Positions 27,388 through 36,509 of a DNA stretch of 64,000 bases are shown here, piece after piece. This stretch comes from a phage. The stretch lies in the sequence record PZ583742.1. One strand, 5' to 3'. Position numbers and translations under genes: made by a program. How positions within the stretch are numbered: the first letter of the stretch is position 1; each line of letters opens with the position of its first letter. Below the pieces are notes generated by a model, which searched no databases, was not told the DNA's origin, and saw nothing but the letters and a program-made list of their open reading frames with translations.

Positions 27388-27854
27388 ATTATGATAGAAT
27401 TTATCCTTGCGATTTTGTGAATGGCCCTGGTTGTAGGGTCGTTCTTTTCGTTACAGGTTGTTTGCATAAATGCGAAGGGTGTTATAATAAATCAACATGG
27501 AATGCTAGAAATGGCGTTCCATTCACTGGTGAAACACTAGAACAATTAATTGAATGTTTGAATAATGATTATATAGAAGGATTAACTATAACTGGAGGAG
27601 ACCCTCTCTATCCTGATAACCGAGATGTTATTCACTCTGTGGTTCAAACTATTAAAAATCTTTATCCCAATAAAAGCATTTGGATGTGGACAGGATATAA
27701 GTTTGAAGATATTAAACAACTAGAAATGCTTAAATATGTTGATGTTATTATTGATGGGAAGTATGAGAAAAATCTTCCGACCAAAAAACTGTGGCGAGGG
27801 TCAGATAATCAGCGACTTTGGTCAAATACCGATGGGGTGTGGAAACATGATTAA
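27384..27854 (+). CDS. nrdG: anaerobic RNR activating enzyme (radical SAM)
   Basis: N-terminal CDFVNGPGCRVVLFVTGCLHKCEGCYN radical-SAM cysteine cluster; start overlaps nrdD stop. Confidence 0.9.
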   Translation: MNYDRIYPCDFVNGPGCRVVLFVTGCLHKCEGCYNKSTWNARNGVPFTGETLEQLIECLNNDYIEGLTITGGDPLYPDNRDVIHSVVQTIKNLYPNKSIWMWTGYKFEDIKQLEMLKYVDVIIDGKYEKNLPTKKLWRGSDNQRLWSNTDGVWKHD

Positions 27855-27968
27855 ATTGAATTACATTATGGGTACTATAAATGATATGATTTTTCATTTT
27901 GGTCCAGAATTTTATTCGCAGTATAGTTTAGTGCTTATCAATGCTTGGTTAATCAATTAAGGGTAAAT

Positions 27969-28184
27969 ATGGATAAATTTAGAAATGCTGCAGCAGATAT
28001 TCTGGCAAACATAACGCTTGTGTTGTTCATCGTTTGTCTGCTTATTCTGGCTATCCCGTTTGGTTTGCTGTTTGTTATCATCGGTTGGTTAAGCACCAAT
28101 CCTGGCCTCGAAAGCTCTGAATTCAACAAACGAATCCAGGCTATCCATAGTACCATTGCAAAAATGATGAAGGTGAAAGAATGA
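27969..28184 (+). CDS. small membrane protein
   Basis: ATG 27969; TM segment LVLFIVCLLILAIPFGLLFVIIGWL. Confidence 0.4.
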   Translation: MDKFRNAAADILANITLVLFIVCLLILAIPFGLLFVIIGWLSTNPGLESSEFNKRIQAIHSTIAKMMKVKE

Positions 28185-28480
28185 AACGTTTTGAAGAATA
28201 TGTAACTACTAATTGGACCGCATGGGACAAGTTCGGTGATGAATGGTACTTCCATGACTGCGACCTGAACCCGGAATTCTTTGTCGGTAAGGAAGAAGAC
28301 CTTAAAGACATCTATGCTCTATCAGAGATTCATGGAATCAAACCGACGGTTTATTTCTCTTTCGATGACACGGGTTTCCTGGTACAGGTTTATGTCCCGT
28401 ACGCAACTGCCAGCGATGAAGAAGTTATTAAAACCTGGAACTACCAAGGAGTGATTTCCTGTGGGCCAAAACTCGACTAA
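28181..28480 (+). CDS. hypothetical protein
   Basis: ORF overlapping upstream stop. Confidence 0.4.
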   Translation: MKRFEEYVTTNWTAWDKFGDEWYFHDCDLNPEFFVGKEEDLKDIYALSEIHGIKPTVYFSFDDTGFLVQVYVPYATASDEEVIKTWNYQGVISCGPKLD

Positions 28481-28778
28481 GATTGAAATCTATGGTATCC
28501 CCGAAGAAGTCGGTCGATGCCCCGGTTGTATGCACGTCAGGAGCCTTCTGGGCTCCTTAAACCTTCCTTATACATTCTATTCAGTCCTTAACAAACAAGG
28601 CTCTGAAATCGCTTATGACAGGCCTTTAATCGTGTCTCTTGCTAAGCGTGCTGGATATCCTACCCTTAACATTCGTTACCCGGTGATTTTTGTCAATGAT
28701 GAAAAAATGACCAATATTCCTGCCTTTAAAACAAAACTGATATCCCTGGGGTATGACCAGGACTTAATTGAAGATTAA
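28461..28778 (+). CDS. glutaredoxin-like redoxin (NrdH-like)
   Basis: GTG start after AAGGAG; KIEIYGIPEEVGRCPGCMHV thioredoxin-fold N-terminus with CPGC motif. Confidence 0.5.
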   Translation: MGQNSTKIEIYGIPEEVGRCPGCMHVRSLLGSLNLPYTFYSVLNKQGSEIAYDRPLIVSLAKRAGYPTLNIRYPVIFVNDEKMTNIPAFKTKLISLGYDQDLIED

Positions 28779-28846
28779 AAAAGGGGTGTACAAGCTCCTT
28801 TGAATGATGTATCATTATCCCATCAACCACTGATGAGGAAAACATA

Positions 28847-29029
28847 ATGACTATTAACGGTAAAGAAATTAAAGTTAACCAGTATTATTCGGTAAATGGC
28901 CATGTGGTCCAAGTAACTCAATTATCAAGTCTGGATGTATGGTATCGCATTTTGGGTTGGCCTGATGCACCCTTGATGGTATGTGACCGTGGTGTATTTT
29001 GTGCAGTGGCAAAGGAAGGTAAAAAATGA
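28847..29029 (+). CDS. hypothetical protein
   Basis: Downstream of promoter/RBS-hairpin module; RBS GAGGAAAA. Confidence 0.4.
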   Translation: MTINGKEIKVNQYYSVNGHVVQVTQLSSLDVWYRILGWPDAPLMVCDRGVFCAVAKEGKK

Positions 29030-29280
29030 GCCTGAAATTACATTCAATGAAAAATGTCGCCACCCTTAATCTTGATGATGAACGTTTGATTTTTATCACC
29101 GTCACTGATAAGAATATTGAAATTGCAAATGGTCCTAAGACTTATTGTTGCCCAGTGAAGAATTGGAAACATGTAACCTTTTTGACCCTGGGTGACCGTC
29201 TGAAAGACCTTAAGTTGGATTTGGATGTCAAAGATATCCAGTACATTAAAAATCTTATTGGATACAAACTGCTGAGGTAA
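29026..29280 (+). CDS. hypothetical protein
   Basis: ORF overlapping upstream stop. Confidence 0.4.
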   Translation: MSLKLHSMKNVATLNLDDERLIFITVTDKNIEIANGPKTYCCPVKNWKHVTFLTLGDRLKDLKLDLDVKDIQYIKNLIGYKLLR

Positions 29281-29282
29281 CT

Positions 29283-29576
29283 ATGGGTAAAACTATTCGT
29301 CGCAAAGAATTGTCTGTAAAAGATTTTTATTATTCAGGGCGTCGTCAGGCACCTGATGGGGTAAGTCAGGAACAAGTTGAAGAAAATATCTTCCGTTCAG
29401 ACAAATGGAAGCGTATGCGTGGTGTTGATTCAGAAGTCAAGAATGAGATGAATCGTCAACTGCGTAAAGAAGTTCGTCAGTTGAAAAAAGATGTATACGT
29501 TGAGGATGATTTTGATTATAATACTTCTCATCGTGTTGCAAAACGTAAATCAAACGAGTGTTATCGTTACAGCTGA
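29283..29576 (+). CDS. basic hypothetical protein
   Basis: ORF-track ORF. Confidence 0.4.
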   Translation: MGKTIRRKELSVKDFYYSGRRQAPDGVSQEQVEENIFRSDKWKRMRGVDSEVKNEMNRQLRKEVRQLKKDVYVEDDFDYNTSHRVAKRKSNECYRYS

Positions 29577-29583
29577 GGAAAAT

Positions 29584-29781
29584 ATGAATCCTGAATCTAA
29601 ATTATCACAGCGAATTGCTGAATCTCGCCGTCAGTTCTTTGAAAATATGATAGCTCAAGGTATTGATGACGAAGTTTTTCTAAACTGGTTTTGGAATCAC
29701 AAATATTCAAGTTGCTCGGGTGCTTTGTTAATTTCCGCCGCAATGATGTATGAAGGTTGGAAAGGCGCTAAAGCGCAGTAA
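29584..29781 (+). CDS. hypothetical protein
   Basis: ATG 29584 after GAGGAAAA. Confidence 0.4.
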   Translation: MNPESKLSQRIAESRRQFFENMIAQGIDDEVFLNWFWNHKYSSCSGALLISAAMMYEGWKGAKAQ

Positions 29782-29853
29782 AAACCAACGGGGTCATGGT
29801 ATAATGACCCCAGGATAATAAAATTTTAATTTAATGAGACTGAGGAATATATC

Positions 29854-30180
29854 ATGACTGCATCTATCACTAACATCATCGCTAATTTCGCATTTGCTAA
29901 AGTCAACACTCTGATGAAATCTGGTTTCGTTACCCCTGAGATTCTGGACCAGTGGGAAGGCGATGTACAGAAGTTGATTATTGCAGAAGGTCAGACAATG
30001 GGTAAAGCGCGTATTCGTGAAAGCCTTGTCCAGTATATCCTGAATGAATTCGATGTAGTAGCGTTTGGTCTGCCGCTTCCACGTGAAAACAAAGAAGTTT
30101 CTGACAAAGCCATCAAGCGTATGAAGTCCCAACGCAAGAAAGGTTTTGTTGACCTGAAAATTGTTAAGGGTGCGAAATGA
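29854..30180 (+). CDS. hypothetical protein
   Basis: ORF downstream of hairpin-embedded TATAAT promoter; RBS GAGGAA. Confidence 0.45.
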   Translation: MTASITNIIANFAFAKVNTLMKSGFVTPEILDQWEGDVQKLIIAEGQTMGKARIRESLVQYILNEFDVVAFGLPLPRENKEVSDKAIKRMKSQRKKGFVDLKIVKGAK

Positions 30181-30425
30181 TTAATTTACCAGAAGGTGTA
30201 GCAGCCATAATTGTCTTTAAAGGTTTATTCGGTTTCCAACGTACAACTATAATGGTTAAAAGCGAAACTATTATAAAAGCTGCAACAAGCCTTGATGTAA
30301 TCAATCGTGATTTCAGAATATTTCCTATAAGCTCTGAGACCACTTATATGGAAATGCCTGAGCCGAAAACAGCATGGAATGAAGGCATGACATTAAATGA
30401 ATTTGAGGATTATCTTAATGATTAA
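30177..30425 (+). CDS. hypothetical protein
   Basis: ORF overlapping upstream stop. Confidence 0.4.
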   Translation: MINLPEGVAAIIVFKGLFGFQRTTIMVKSETIIKAATSLDVINRDFRIFPISSETTYMEMPEPKTAWNEGMTLNEFEDYLND

Positions 30426-30684
30426 AATAAAACTCTCTAATTACGATAAAAACTTGGAAATGATTACTATGAAAGAAGAACTCCTGAATGATGTTCGCTT
30501 TACTGGTTATGCGGTTCAATTTAATGATGTTGGGGTCCTCCAGATTGAAGGTGACCACTTTATTATTGAATATGAATTCCACCAGTATTGGTTGTATGCT
30601 AAAGATGAAGTTGGTGGGATTGATTATGTTGACCAGTTTGATAAGCTTGACGATGTTTTAGAAGCTGCCCAATTGGTGCACTGA
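30418..30684 (+). CDS. hypothetical protein
   Basis: ATG 30418 overlapping upstream stop. Confidence 0.4.
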   Translation: MIKIKLSNYDKNLEMITMKEELLNDVRFTGYAVQFNDVGVLQIEGDHFIIEYEFHQYWLYAKDEVGGIDYVDQFDKLDDVLEAAQLVH

Positions 30685-30950
30685 TGCACATCAATCATAC
30701 AATGATATCCATCCAGGACCTGGGAACGTTTTGGGTGGATGAATTCATGAAAATAACATTCTTCCCACACGCTGAAGGGTATGGCTCTTGGGAGTCCCAT
30801 ATCAGTATGTTGAATGAAGGACAATACCGCAACGAGCATGACCGTCTGATGGAATTCATTAGTGATGCCGAGGTTATCCCTTATATTGACATCCATGAAT
30901 TTAAGGCAATTATGGAGAAGGTCTTCCAGGCTTACTGTTTACTTCGCTAA
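30684..30950 (+). CDS. hypothetical protein
   Basis: ORF overlapping upstream stop. Confidence 0.4.
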   Translation: MHINHTMISIQDLGTFWVDEFMKITFFPHAEGYGSWESHISMLNEGQYRNEHDRLMEFISDAEVIPYIDIHEFKAIMEKVFQAYCLLR

Positions 30951-30976
30951 TGCTTTGTATTAAGGATGATATAATA
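30948..30976 (+). promoter_or_regulatory. middle-promoter-like element (MotA-box-like TGCTTTG plus TATAAT) upstream of gene 55
   Basis: aaTGCTTTg 30949-30957 followed 12-13 nt later by TATAAT 30970-30975. Confidence 0.4.
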
Positions 30977-30998
30977 TTCATATACTAAGTGAGGCGAT

Positions 30999-31556
30999 AT
31001 GAACGAAATTAAATTAACCAAGAATAACTATGTAAATAATAAAGAGCTTTTGAAAGCTATTTCGGAGTGGAAACAGAAGCTGAATGCGAACACCGACCCG
31101 AACAAAATTATTCGCCAGAACGATGTTATTGGTCTGGCGATTATGCTTATAGCCGAAGGTCTTAGCAAACGTTTCAACTTCTCCGGATATACCCAATCCT
31201 GGAAGCAAGAAATGATAGCGGATGGAATTGAGGCCGCAATAAAAGGTCTTCACAACTTCGACGAAACAAAATACGATAATCCACATGCTTACATAACAAT
31301 GGCTTGCTTCAATGCTTTCGTTCAGCGTATCAAAAAAGAACGTAAAGAAATGGCAAAGAAATATAGCTACTTCGTCCATAACGTATATGATTCACGTGAC
31401 GACGATATGGTGGCTCTGGCTGATGAAACATTTATCCAGGACATCTATGACAAAATGACACAGTACGAATCCTCTTTAGTTAAAGCGCCAGGGTCTGATA
31501 AGAGCGCCAAAGATAAAGAAGGTGATTTGGATTTTTTATATGGAACATCAATTTGA
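30999..31556 (+). CDS. 55: late-transcription sigma factor gp55
   Basis: [101 protein letters not shown] is near-identical to T4 gp55. Confidence 0.95.
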   Translation: MNEIKLTKNNYVNNKELLKAISEWKQKLNANTDPNKIIRQNDVIGLAIMLIAEGLSKRFNFSGYTQSWKQEMIADGIEAAIKGLHNFDETKYDNPHAYITMACFNAFVQRIKKERKEMAKKYSYFVHNVYDSRDDDMVALADETFIQDIYDKMTQYESSLVKAPGSDKSAKDKEGDLDFLYGTSI

Positions 31557-31773
31557 TATTACCGATTTTTTAGATAAAATCGAGGAAGACTTTACTGCGC
31601 TCCCATATTTCATTAAACTTTATCTGCGAGACATAAAAGGTCTTCCAATTGATATCGACCCTTTAAACGTCCGGAATCTGGAATTTACTTCACCGGATAA
31701 TAACGTTGATTACCGTTATCATGTGGATAATGCTAATCTATATTTTACAATTGAGTTAACTCCCAAGGATTAA
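31540..31773 (+). CDS. hypothetical protein
   Basis: ATG 31540 overlapping end of gene 55. Confidence 0.35.
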   Translation: MEHQFDITDFLDKIEEDFTALPYFIKLYLRDIKGLPIDIDPLNVRNLEFTSPDNNVDYRYHVDNANLYFTIELTPKD

Positions 31774-31774
31774 T

Positions 31775-32086
31775 ATGCAAGCTCCAGATATTTCTCAACT
31801 GACCGATAAGCAGATTGAAGAAGCACAGGAACGTCTCGAAGAAGCGAACGCACTCGAAGCAACCAGTCAAGCAGCGAAGATTCTGAAAAAGAATGCTCGT
31901 GAAATTGCACGACTGAATAAGCATGCTCAAGGCGCAGTGCTGGAAAACAATTTTGAAGCATACAAATATGCTTTAGTTAAACTGCGTGGGATTTACCGCC
32001 AACCCGTTACGGAAGACCTGATTAAGTTGATGTGGGATTCTACTCGCAAACAAATTTGGGAAATCGTAAATGGCATTAGTAAATAA
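31775..32086 (+). CDS. hypothetical protein
   Basis: ORF-track ORF, helical/charged. Confidence 0.4.
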   Translation: MQAPDISQLTDKQIEEAQERLEEANALEATSQAAKILKKNAREIARLNKHAQGAVLENNFEAYKYALVKLRGIYRQPVTEDLIKLMWDSTRKQIWEIVNGISK

Positions 32087-32270
32087 ACCCTTTAAACGGC
32101 TTCTTATTGGAGCCGCTTTCAGACTTCGCTCATATGGTAATATCTGTATCAAACAGACCGAAACCGAATACAAAATGATGGGCCAATATTCTGATGGTAT
32201 TTTTAAGATTGAGCCTGTAGCCAAGGTTTGGGTCGATTCTCATCAACTTAAGAAATGGTGGCAACGATGA
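32070..32270 (+). CDS. hypothetical protein
   Basis: ORF-track ORF. Confidence 0.35.
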   Translation: MALVNKPFKRLLIGAAFRLRSYGNICIKQTETEYKMMGQYSDGIFKIEPVAKVWVDSHQLKKWWQR

Positions 32271-32328
32271 TAACATGGACAGGTGGCTAATGAACGACGA
32301 ACATCCAGATTTTTAAGAGGCTATATGA

Positions 32329-32502
32329 ATGACGAATTCGACGGATTTTGATAAGATTAAATCTGACAAAAATGAGATGATACTTCAATTTGAAGCCGCT
32401 CGCATTAAAGCAGAAAATGAAGGTACTATTACCTATAAGCCTATCAAGTTCAGGTCTTCTCATGAACCTCTGTATGGTGTATTAATTGAAAAGGAAGCCT
32501 AG
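32329..32502 (+). CDS. small hypothetical protein (57 aa)
   Basis: ORF ending inside terminator hairpin; below ORF-track size cutoff. Confidence 0.3.
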   Translation: MTNSTDFDKIKSDKNEMILQFEAARIKAENEGTITYKPIKFRSSHEPLYGVLIEKEA

Positions 32503-32515
32503 TGCTTCCTTTTTT
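32492..32515 (+). terminator. rho-independent terminator
   Basis: aggaagc-ctagt-gcttcct followed by TTTTT. Confidence 0.6.
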
Positions 32516-32539
32516 GCTTTATATTCGGGATGATAAAAT
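32513..32539 (+). promoter_or_regulatory. middle-promoter-like element (MotA box TTTGCTTTA plus TAAAAT) upstream of gene 47
   Basis: TTTGCTTTA 32513-32521, -10 TAAAAT 32534-32539; directly after terminator hairpin. Confidence 0.45.
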
Positions 32540-32559
32540 GAACCAACTGAGGAGAGTAT

Positions 32560-32703
32560 ATGGAATTATTTTTAGGATATGTCGTGCTATTCATGGCATT
32601 CTACACATTCACAAGAGCTTGTTGGATAGGATTCTTTTCTACTCCTGACGGGTTCATTTCAGTAATTTTATTTTGCATTGCGATAACGGTGCTTGGCTTA
32701 TGA
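32560..32703 (+). CDS. small membrane peptide (47 aa)
   Basis: RBS GGAGAG; hydrophobic; overlaps gene 47 start. Confidence 0.3.
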   Translation: MELFLGYVVLFMAFYTFTRACWIGFFSTPDGFISVILFCIAITVLGL

Positions 32704-33719
32704 AAATTTTAAATTTAGGTGATTGGCACTTAGGTGTCAAAGCTGACGACCCATGGGCTCAAAACATTCAACGCGATGGTATTTTACAGGCGATTGCATA
32801 TTCCAAAGCGAATGGGATTAAAGTCTGGATTCAATATGGGGATATTTTTGACGTCCGTAAGGCCGTAACGCATAAGACGATGGAATTCAGCCGTGAGATT
32901 ATGGAACTCCTTCGTGAAGCAGGAATTACTATGCACACGATAGTCGGGAACCATGACATGAATCTGAAGAATAAGATTCATCCTAATGCTATCACTGAAC
33001 TCCTGAATAAGTATGACCATGTTAAAATCTACGATAAGCCAACGACTGTTGATTTTGACGGTTGTCAGATTGATATGATTCCATGGATGTGTGACGAGAA
33101 CGCAACTGACATTCACCAACATATCAAAACTTCTGGGGCTGAATATTGCATCGGTCACTGGGAATTAACCGGGTTTTATTTCTATAAAGGATTGAAATCC
33201 CACGGACTTGAGCCTGATTTCCTTAAGAAGTACAAGCAAGTTTGGTCTGGTCACTTCCACACAATTTCAGAAGCTGCAAACGTTAAGTACATCGGGACAC
33301 CATGGACATTAACAGCAGGTGACGAGAACGACCCACGCGGGTTCTGGGAATTTGATACCGAAACCGAAGAGATGAAATTTATTCCGAATGAAACCACCTG
33401 GCATCGGAAGATTTTCTATCCAAACGAAACTATTAACTACGACGACTTCAAAGACTTATCAGTCCGTGTTATTGTAGAAAAAGTCGATAAAGACCTGACC
33501 AAGTTCGAATCTGAATTAGAAAAGCGTGTGCATGAATTGCGTGTTGTCAATAAGGTTGATAACAGTGTTGACACATCAGACTCTGATGAAGAGTTAGACA
33601 TAAAACGCTTAACAGATATGATGGCAGAATATATCGATGCATTACCTGACGCTAATGAGAAAGAATCAAAAGCTCTCAAAGCATTGGCCAATAAATTATA
33701 TCTTGAGGTGCAACCGTGA
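32700..33719 (+). CDS. 47: recombination endonuclease subunit gp47 (Mre11-like)
   Basis: MKILNLGDWHLGVKADDPW..IQYGDIFD..IVGNHD..GHFH phosphoesterase motifs; adjacent to gene 46 as in T4. Confidence 0.9.
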   Translation: MKILNLGDWHLGVKADDPWAQNIQRDGILQAIAYSKANGIKVWIQYGDIFDVRKAVTHKTMEFSREIMELLREAGITMHTIVGNHDMNLKNKIHPNAITELLNKYDHVKIYDKPTTVDFDGCQIDMIPWMCDENATDIHQHIKTSGAEYCIGHWELTGFYFYKGLKSHGLEPDFLKKYKQVWSGHFHTISEAANVKYIGTPWTLTAGDENDPRGFWEFDTETEEMKFIPNETTWHRKIFYPNETINYDDFKDLSVRVIVEKVDKDLTKFESELEKRVHELRVVNKVDNSVDTSDSDEELDIKRLTDMMAEYIDALPDANEKESKALKALANKLYLEVQP

Positions 33720-33979
33720 GACTTTATGATTTTAATGAAGCGGGTCTTGAACATATCCGCGAATGTGCTGTGGTTGACGACGATAATCAACCGAATACTA
33801 TTAAGTATTGGTTTGAAGCTATCACTGACCGGGAAACTGGTCAACTTATCAAAGTCTATGTAGTCACCGATTGGGCCGTGGAATTTAGCTTTAATGTAAT
33901 GGAAGATGATACTCCAGAGACATTAATTCATATGGCTGAATCATGCATCAAGGATGCTTATTATGATGAAGACTTTTGA
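33716..33979 (+). CDS. hypothetical protein
   Basis: ORF overlapping gene 47 stop. Confidence 0.4.
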   Translation: MRLYDFNEAGLEHIRECAVVDDDNQPNTIKYWFEAITDRETGQLIKVYVVTDWAVEFSFNVMEDDTPETLIHMAESCIKDAYYDEDF

Positions 33980-34172
33980 ATTTAATCTTGATGATGAATT
34001 TGTAGCAAATATTGATTATACCGAAGAAGATTCTAGATATGTCGGAATAATTTATATCACATCAAAAACGGCGCAGGGAGTGGTTTGCATGGCTGAATTT
34101 GATGAATGCTTTTTAGATTATGATGATATGATAGAATGGTCTAAAAGATACATTAAAAGGAATCTTTTGTGA
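33963..34172 (+). CDS. hypothetical protein
   Basis: ATG 33963 in ORF-track frame. Confidence 0.4.
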   Translation: MMKTFEFNLDDEFVANIDYTEEDSRYVGIIYITSKTAQGVVCMAEFDECFLDYDDMIEWSKRYIKRNLL

Positions 34173-35851
34173 AGACTTTTAAGCTTAAGAAAGTTATCTA
34201 TAAAAATATTATGTCGGTTGGTGCTCAACCGATTACTGTTGAACTGGATAAAGTCCAAAAAACTCTGGTCACCGGCAAGAATGGTGCGGGTAAATCTACG
34301 TTCCTTGAAGCGGTTACCTTTGCTATGTTCGGTAAGCCTTTCCGTGATGTAAAGAAAGGCCAGTTGATTAACTCGAGCAACAAAAAAGATATGCTCGTTG
34401 AATTGTGGATGGAATATGATGGAAAAGAATACTATATCAAACGCGGGCAAAAACCCAATGTTTTTGAAATCTCTTGTGGCGGTAAACGTCTTGATGAATC
34501 TGCCAGCAGTAAAGACTTCCAAGCGGAATTTGAACAGCTCATCGGAATGTCCTATGCAAGCTTCAAACAGATTGTCGTACTCGGCACAGCTGGATATACC
34601 CCTTTTATGGGCCTATCCACTCCTGCAAGAAGAAAACTTGTCGAAGACCTTTTAGAGGTTTCTGTACTGGCCGATATGGATAAGCTGAACAAATCTCTTA
34701 TCCGCGAAGTCAATAGTCAAATCCAGGTGATGGATGTGCAGCATGACGGGATTGTTCAACAGATTAAAATCTATCAGGACAACGAAGACCGTCAAAGAAA
34801 ATTATCAGGTGATAATCTGTTGCGGCTGCAAACGATGTATGATGAACTTGCCACAGAAGCACGTGGAATCAAGACAACTATCGAAGAAGCAACAACAAGA
34901 CTGACCGAGATAATCTTGGGAGAAGACCCTGAGCATGAACTCACGAAGCTAAAGCAGGAATCATTTCTGATTAAGTCGAAGATAGACGATTACCGAAAGG
35001 TTGTTGGTCTGTACGAGAAAGGTGGTTGTTGTCAGACTTGTGCCAGTCAGTTGCATCCAGGAGACCCTATTGTCGCCAGGATTGAGTCAAAGATTGAAGA
35101 ATGTAATGCATCAGCTGATAAGCATAAAGCTCGCCAGAATGCTGTTCAAGAGCAATTTGATACGTATTCTGCTGCAAGACAAAACCAGCGTACAATAGCC
35201 CAAGACATTCAAACTAAGAAACAAACCTTAATCCAGACTGTTGAAAAGGCTAAAAAGGTTAAAGCATTAATCGAGCAAGCTAAGTCAGAATTCATTGACC
35301 ATGCAGCAGACATTAAAATGCTTCAAGACCAGCTTGATAAAATAGTCAAACAGAAATCTGACCTTGTGATGGAAAAATATCAACGTGGCATCCTAACGGA
35401 TATGTTGAAAGATTCCGGTATCAAAGGCGCGATTATTAAGAAATATATTCCTATCTTTAATAAGCAGATAAACGCTTACCTTAAAGTTATGGAAGCTGAT
35501 TATAGCTTTACGTTAGATGAAGAGTTCAACGAAACTATTAAATCTCGTGGACGTGAAGACTTCAGCTATGCATCATTTAGCCAGGGTGAAAAAGCTCGTA
35601 TCGATATTGCATTGCTGTTTACATGGCGTGATATTGCTGCGAAAGTATCTGGTGTTAATATTAACACCTTGATTCTGGATGAAGTTTTTGACTCGGCCAC
35701 TGATGTAGAGGGTGTTAAAGCAATTGCTACCATCCTGAACAAATTGGAAGACACCAACATCTTTATTATCAGTCACCGAGACCATGACCCGGAAGCATAC
35801 GGGCAACATCTCCAGATGAAAAAAGTTGGTCGATTCACTGTTATGGAATAA
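34169..35851 (+). CDS. 46: recombination endonuclease subunit gp46 (Rad50/SbcC-like ATPase)
   Basis: GTG start; KNIMSVG..GKNGAGKSTFLEA..FGKPFRDVKKGQLINS; zinc-hook CCQTCAS; SFSQGEKARIDIALLFTWRD and LILDEVFD; near-identical to T4 gp46. Confidence 0.95.
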   Translation: MKTFKLKKVIYKNIMSVGAQPITVELDKVQKTLVTGKNGAGKSTFLEAVTFAMFGKPFRDVKKGQLINSSNKKDMLVELWMEYDGKEYYIKRGQKPNVFEISCGGKRLDESASSKDFQAEFEQLIGMSYASFKQIVVLGTAGYTPFMGLSTPARRKLVEDLLEVSVLADMDKLNKSLIREVNSQIQVMDVQHDGIVQQIKIYQDNEDRQRKLSGDNLLRLQTMYDELATEARGIKTTIEEATTRLTEIILGEDPEHELTKLKQESFLIKSKIDDYRKVVGLYEKGGCCQTCASQLHPGDPIVARIESKIEECNASADKHKARQNAVQEQFDTYSAARQNQRTIAQDIQTKKQTLIQTVEKAKKVKALIEQAKSEFIDHAADIKMLQDQLDKIVKQKSDLVMEKYQRGILTDMLKDSGIKGAIIKKYIPIFNKQINAYLKVMEADYSFTLDEEFNETIKSRGREDFSYASFSQGEKARIDIALLFTWRDIAAKVSGVNINTLILDEVFDSATDVEGVKAIATILNKLEDTNIFIISHRDHDPEAYGQHLQMKKVGRFTVME

Positions 35852-35885
35852 TGCTTTAAACAAGGATGTTATAATAGAGGCTATT

Positions 35886-36077
35886 ATGGCTGACTTCTTA
35901 ACCGGGCAGCATTTACTGGCTGTCCCTGAAATTAAACGGTATGTGTTAGTTAATACCTTTTCGAAAGATGAACACCTTGTTACTGAACGTGACTTACAAA
36001 ACGCTTTCGGTGAAGAATATGTTAAAATAATCGCGAACAGACACAATGCCTGGTTTGCATATGAATACTTTGATTAA
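35886..36077 (+). CDS. small protein (45.2-like by position)
   Basis: 63 aa ORF between 46 and rpbA as T4 45.2. Confidence 0.45.
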   Translation: MADFLTGQHLLAVPEIKRYVLVNTFSKDEHLVTERDLQNAFGEEYVKIIANRHNAWFAYEYFD

Positions 36078-36101
36078 TTGATAATGAATAGAGAGAATAT
36101 T

Positions 36102-36509
36102 ATGAACAACGTAACTGCTAAAGATATCCAAGTTAAAACCATCCGCACCGACGCTAACCCACACAACCAAAACCGCATCCGCAAATCCTGGGTCCTGGCA
36201 TGTGATGAAGCATCTGCTGCCCGTCTGCAGTCTCTGCCGCAAGAAATTAAATTCATGCTGTACGGTGTGATTGATACTGATGTATCTGATAAGTGGATTG
36301 AACTGATGCGTAATCACTACAACGATTCACTGGCTGCTGGTGCTAAACTGGTTATCGACCGTGACGGTTCCGAACGTCTCGAAGATGATTACTGTGTTGA
36401 CTTCGACGACCACCTGGTCCAAGCTGGTTCTATTATTGCTGCGCAACTTCCAGAGTATATTGAATCTCTTCCGGAAGCTATCCGCAAACAAATGGCAGTT
36501 GTTGCGTGA
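36102..36509 (+). CDS. rpbA: RNA polymerase-binding protein RpbA
   Basis: 135 aa ORF between 46/45.2 and 45 as in T4; RBS AGAGAGAA. Confidence 0.6.
   Translation: MNNVTAKDIQVKTIRTDANPHNQNRIRKSWVLACDEASAARLQSLPQEIKFMLYGVIDTDVSDKWIELMRNHYNDSLAAGAKLVIDRDGSERLEDDYCVDFDDHLVQAGSIIAAQLPEYIESLPEAIRKQMAVVA

Noticed and set aside
27736-27960. 74-aa ORF overlapping the 3' end of nrdG
   Set aside because: Out-of-frame overlap with nrdG for most of its length and no RBS; the downstream gene more plausibly starts at ATG 27969.
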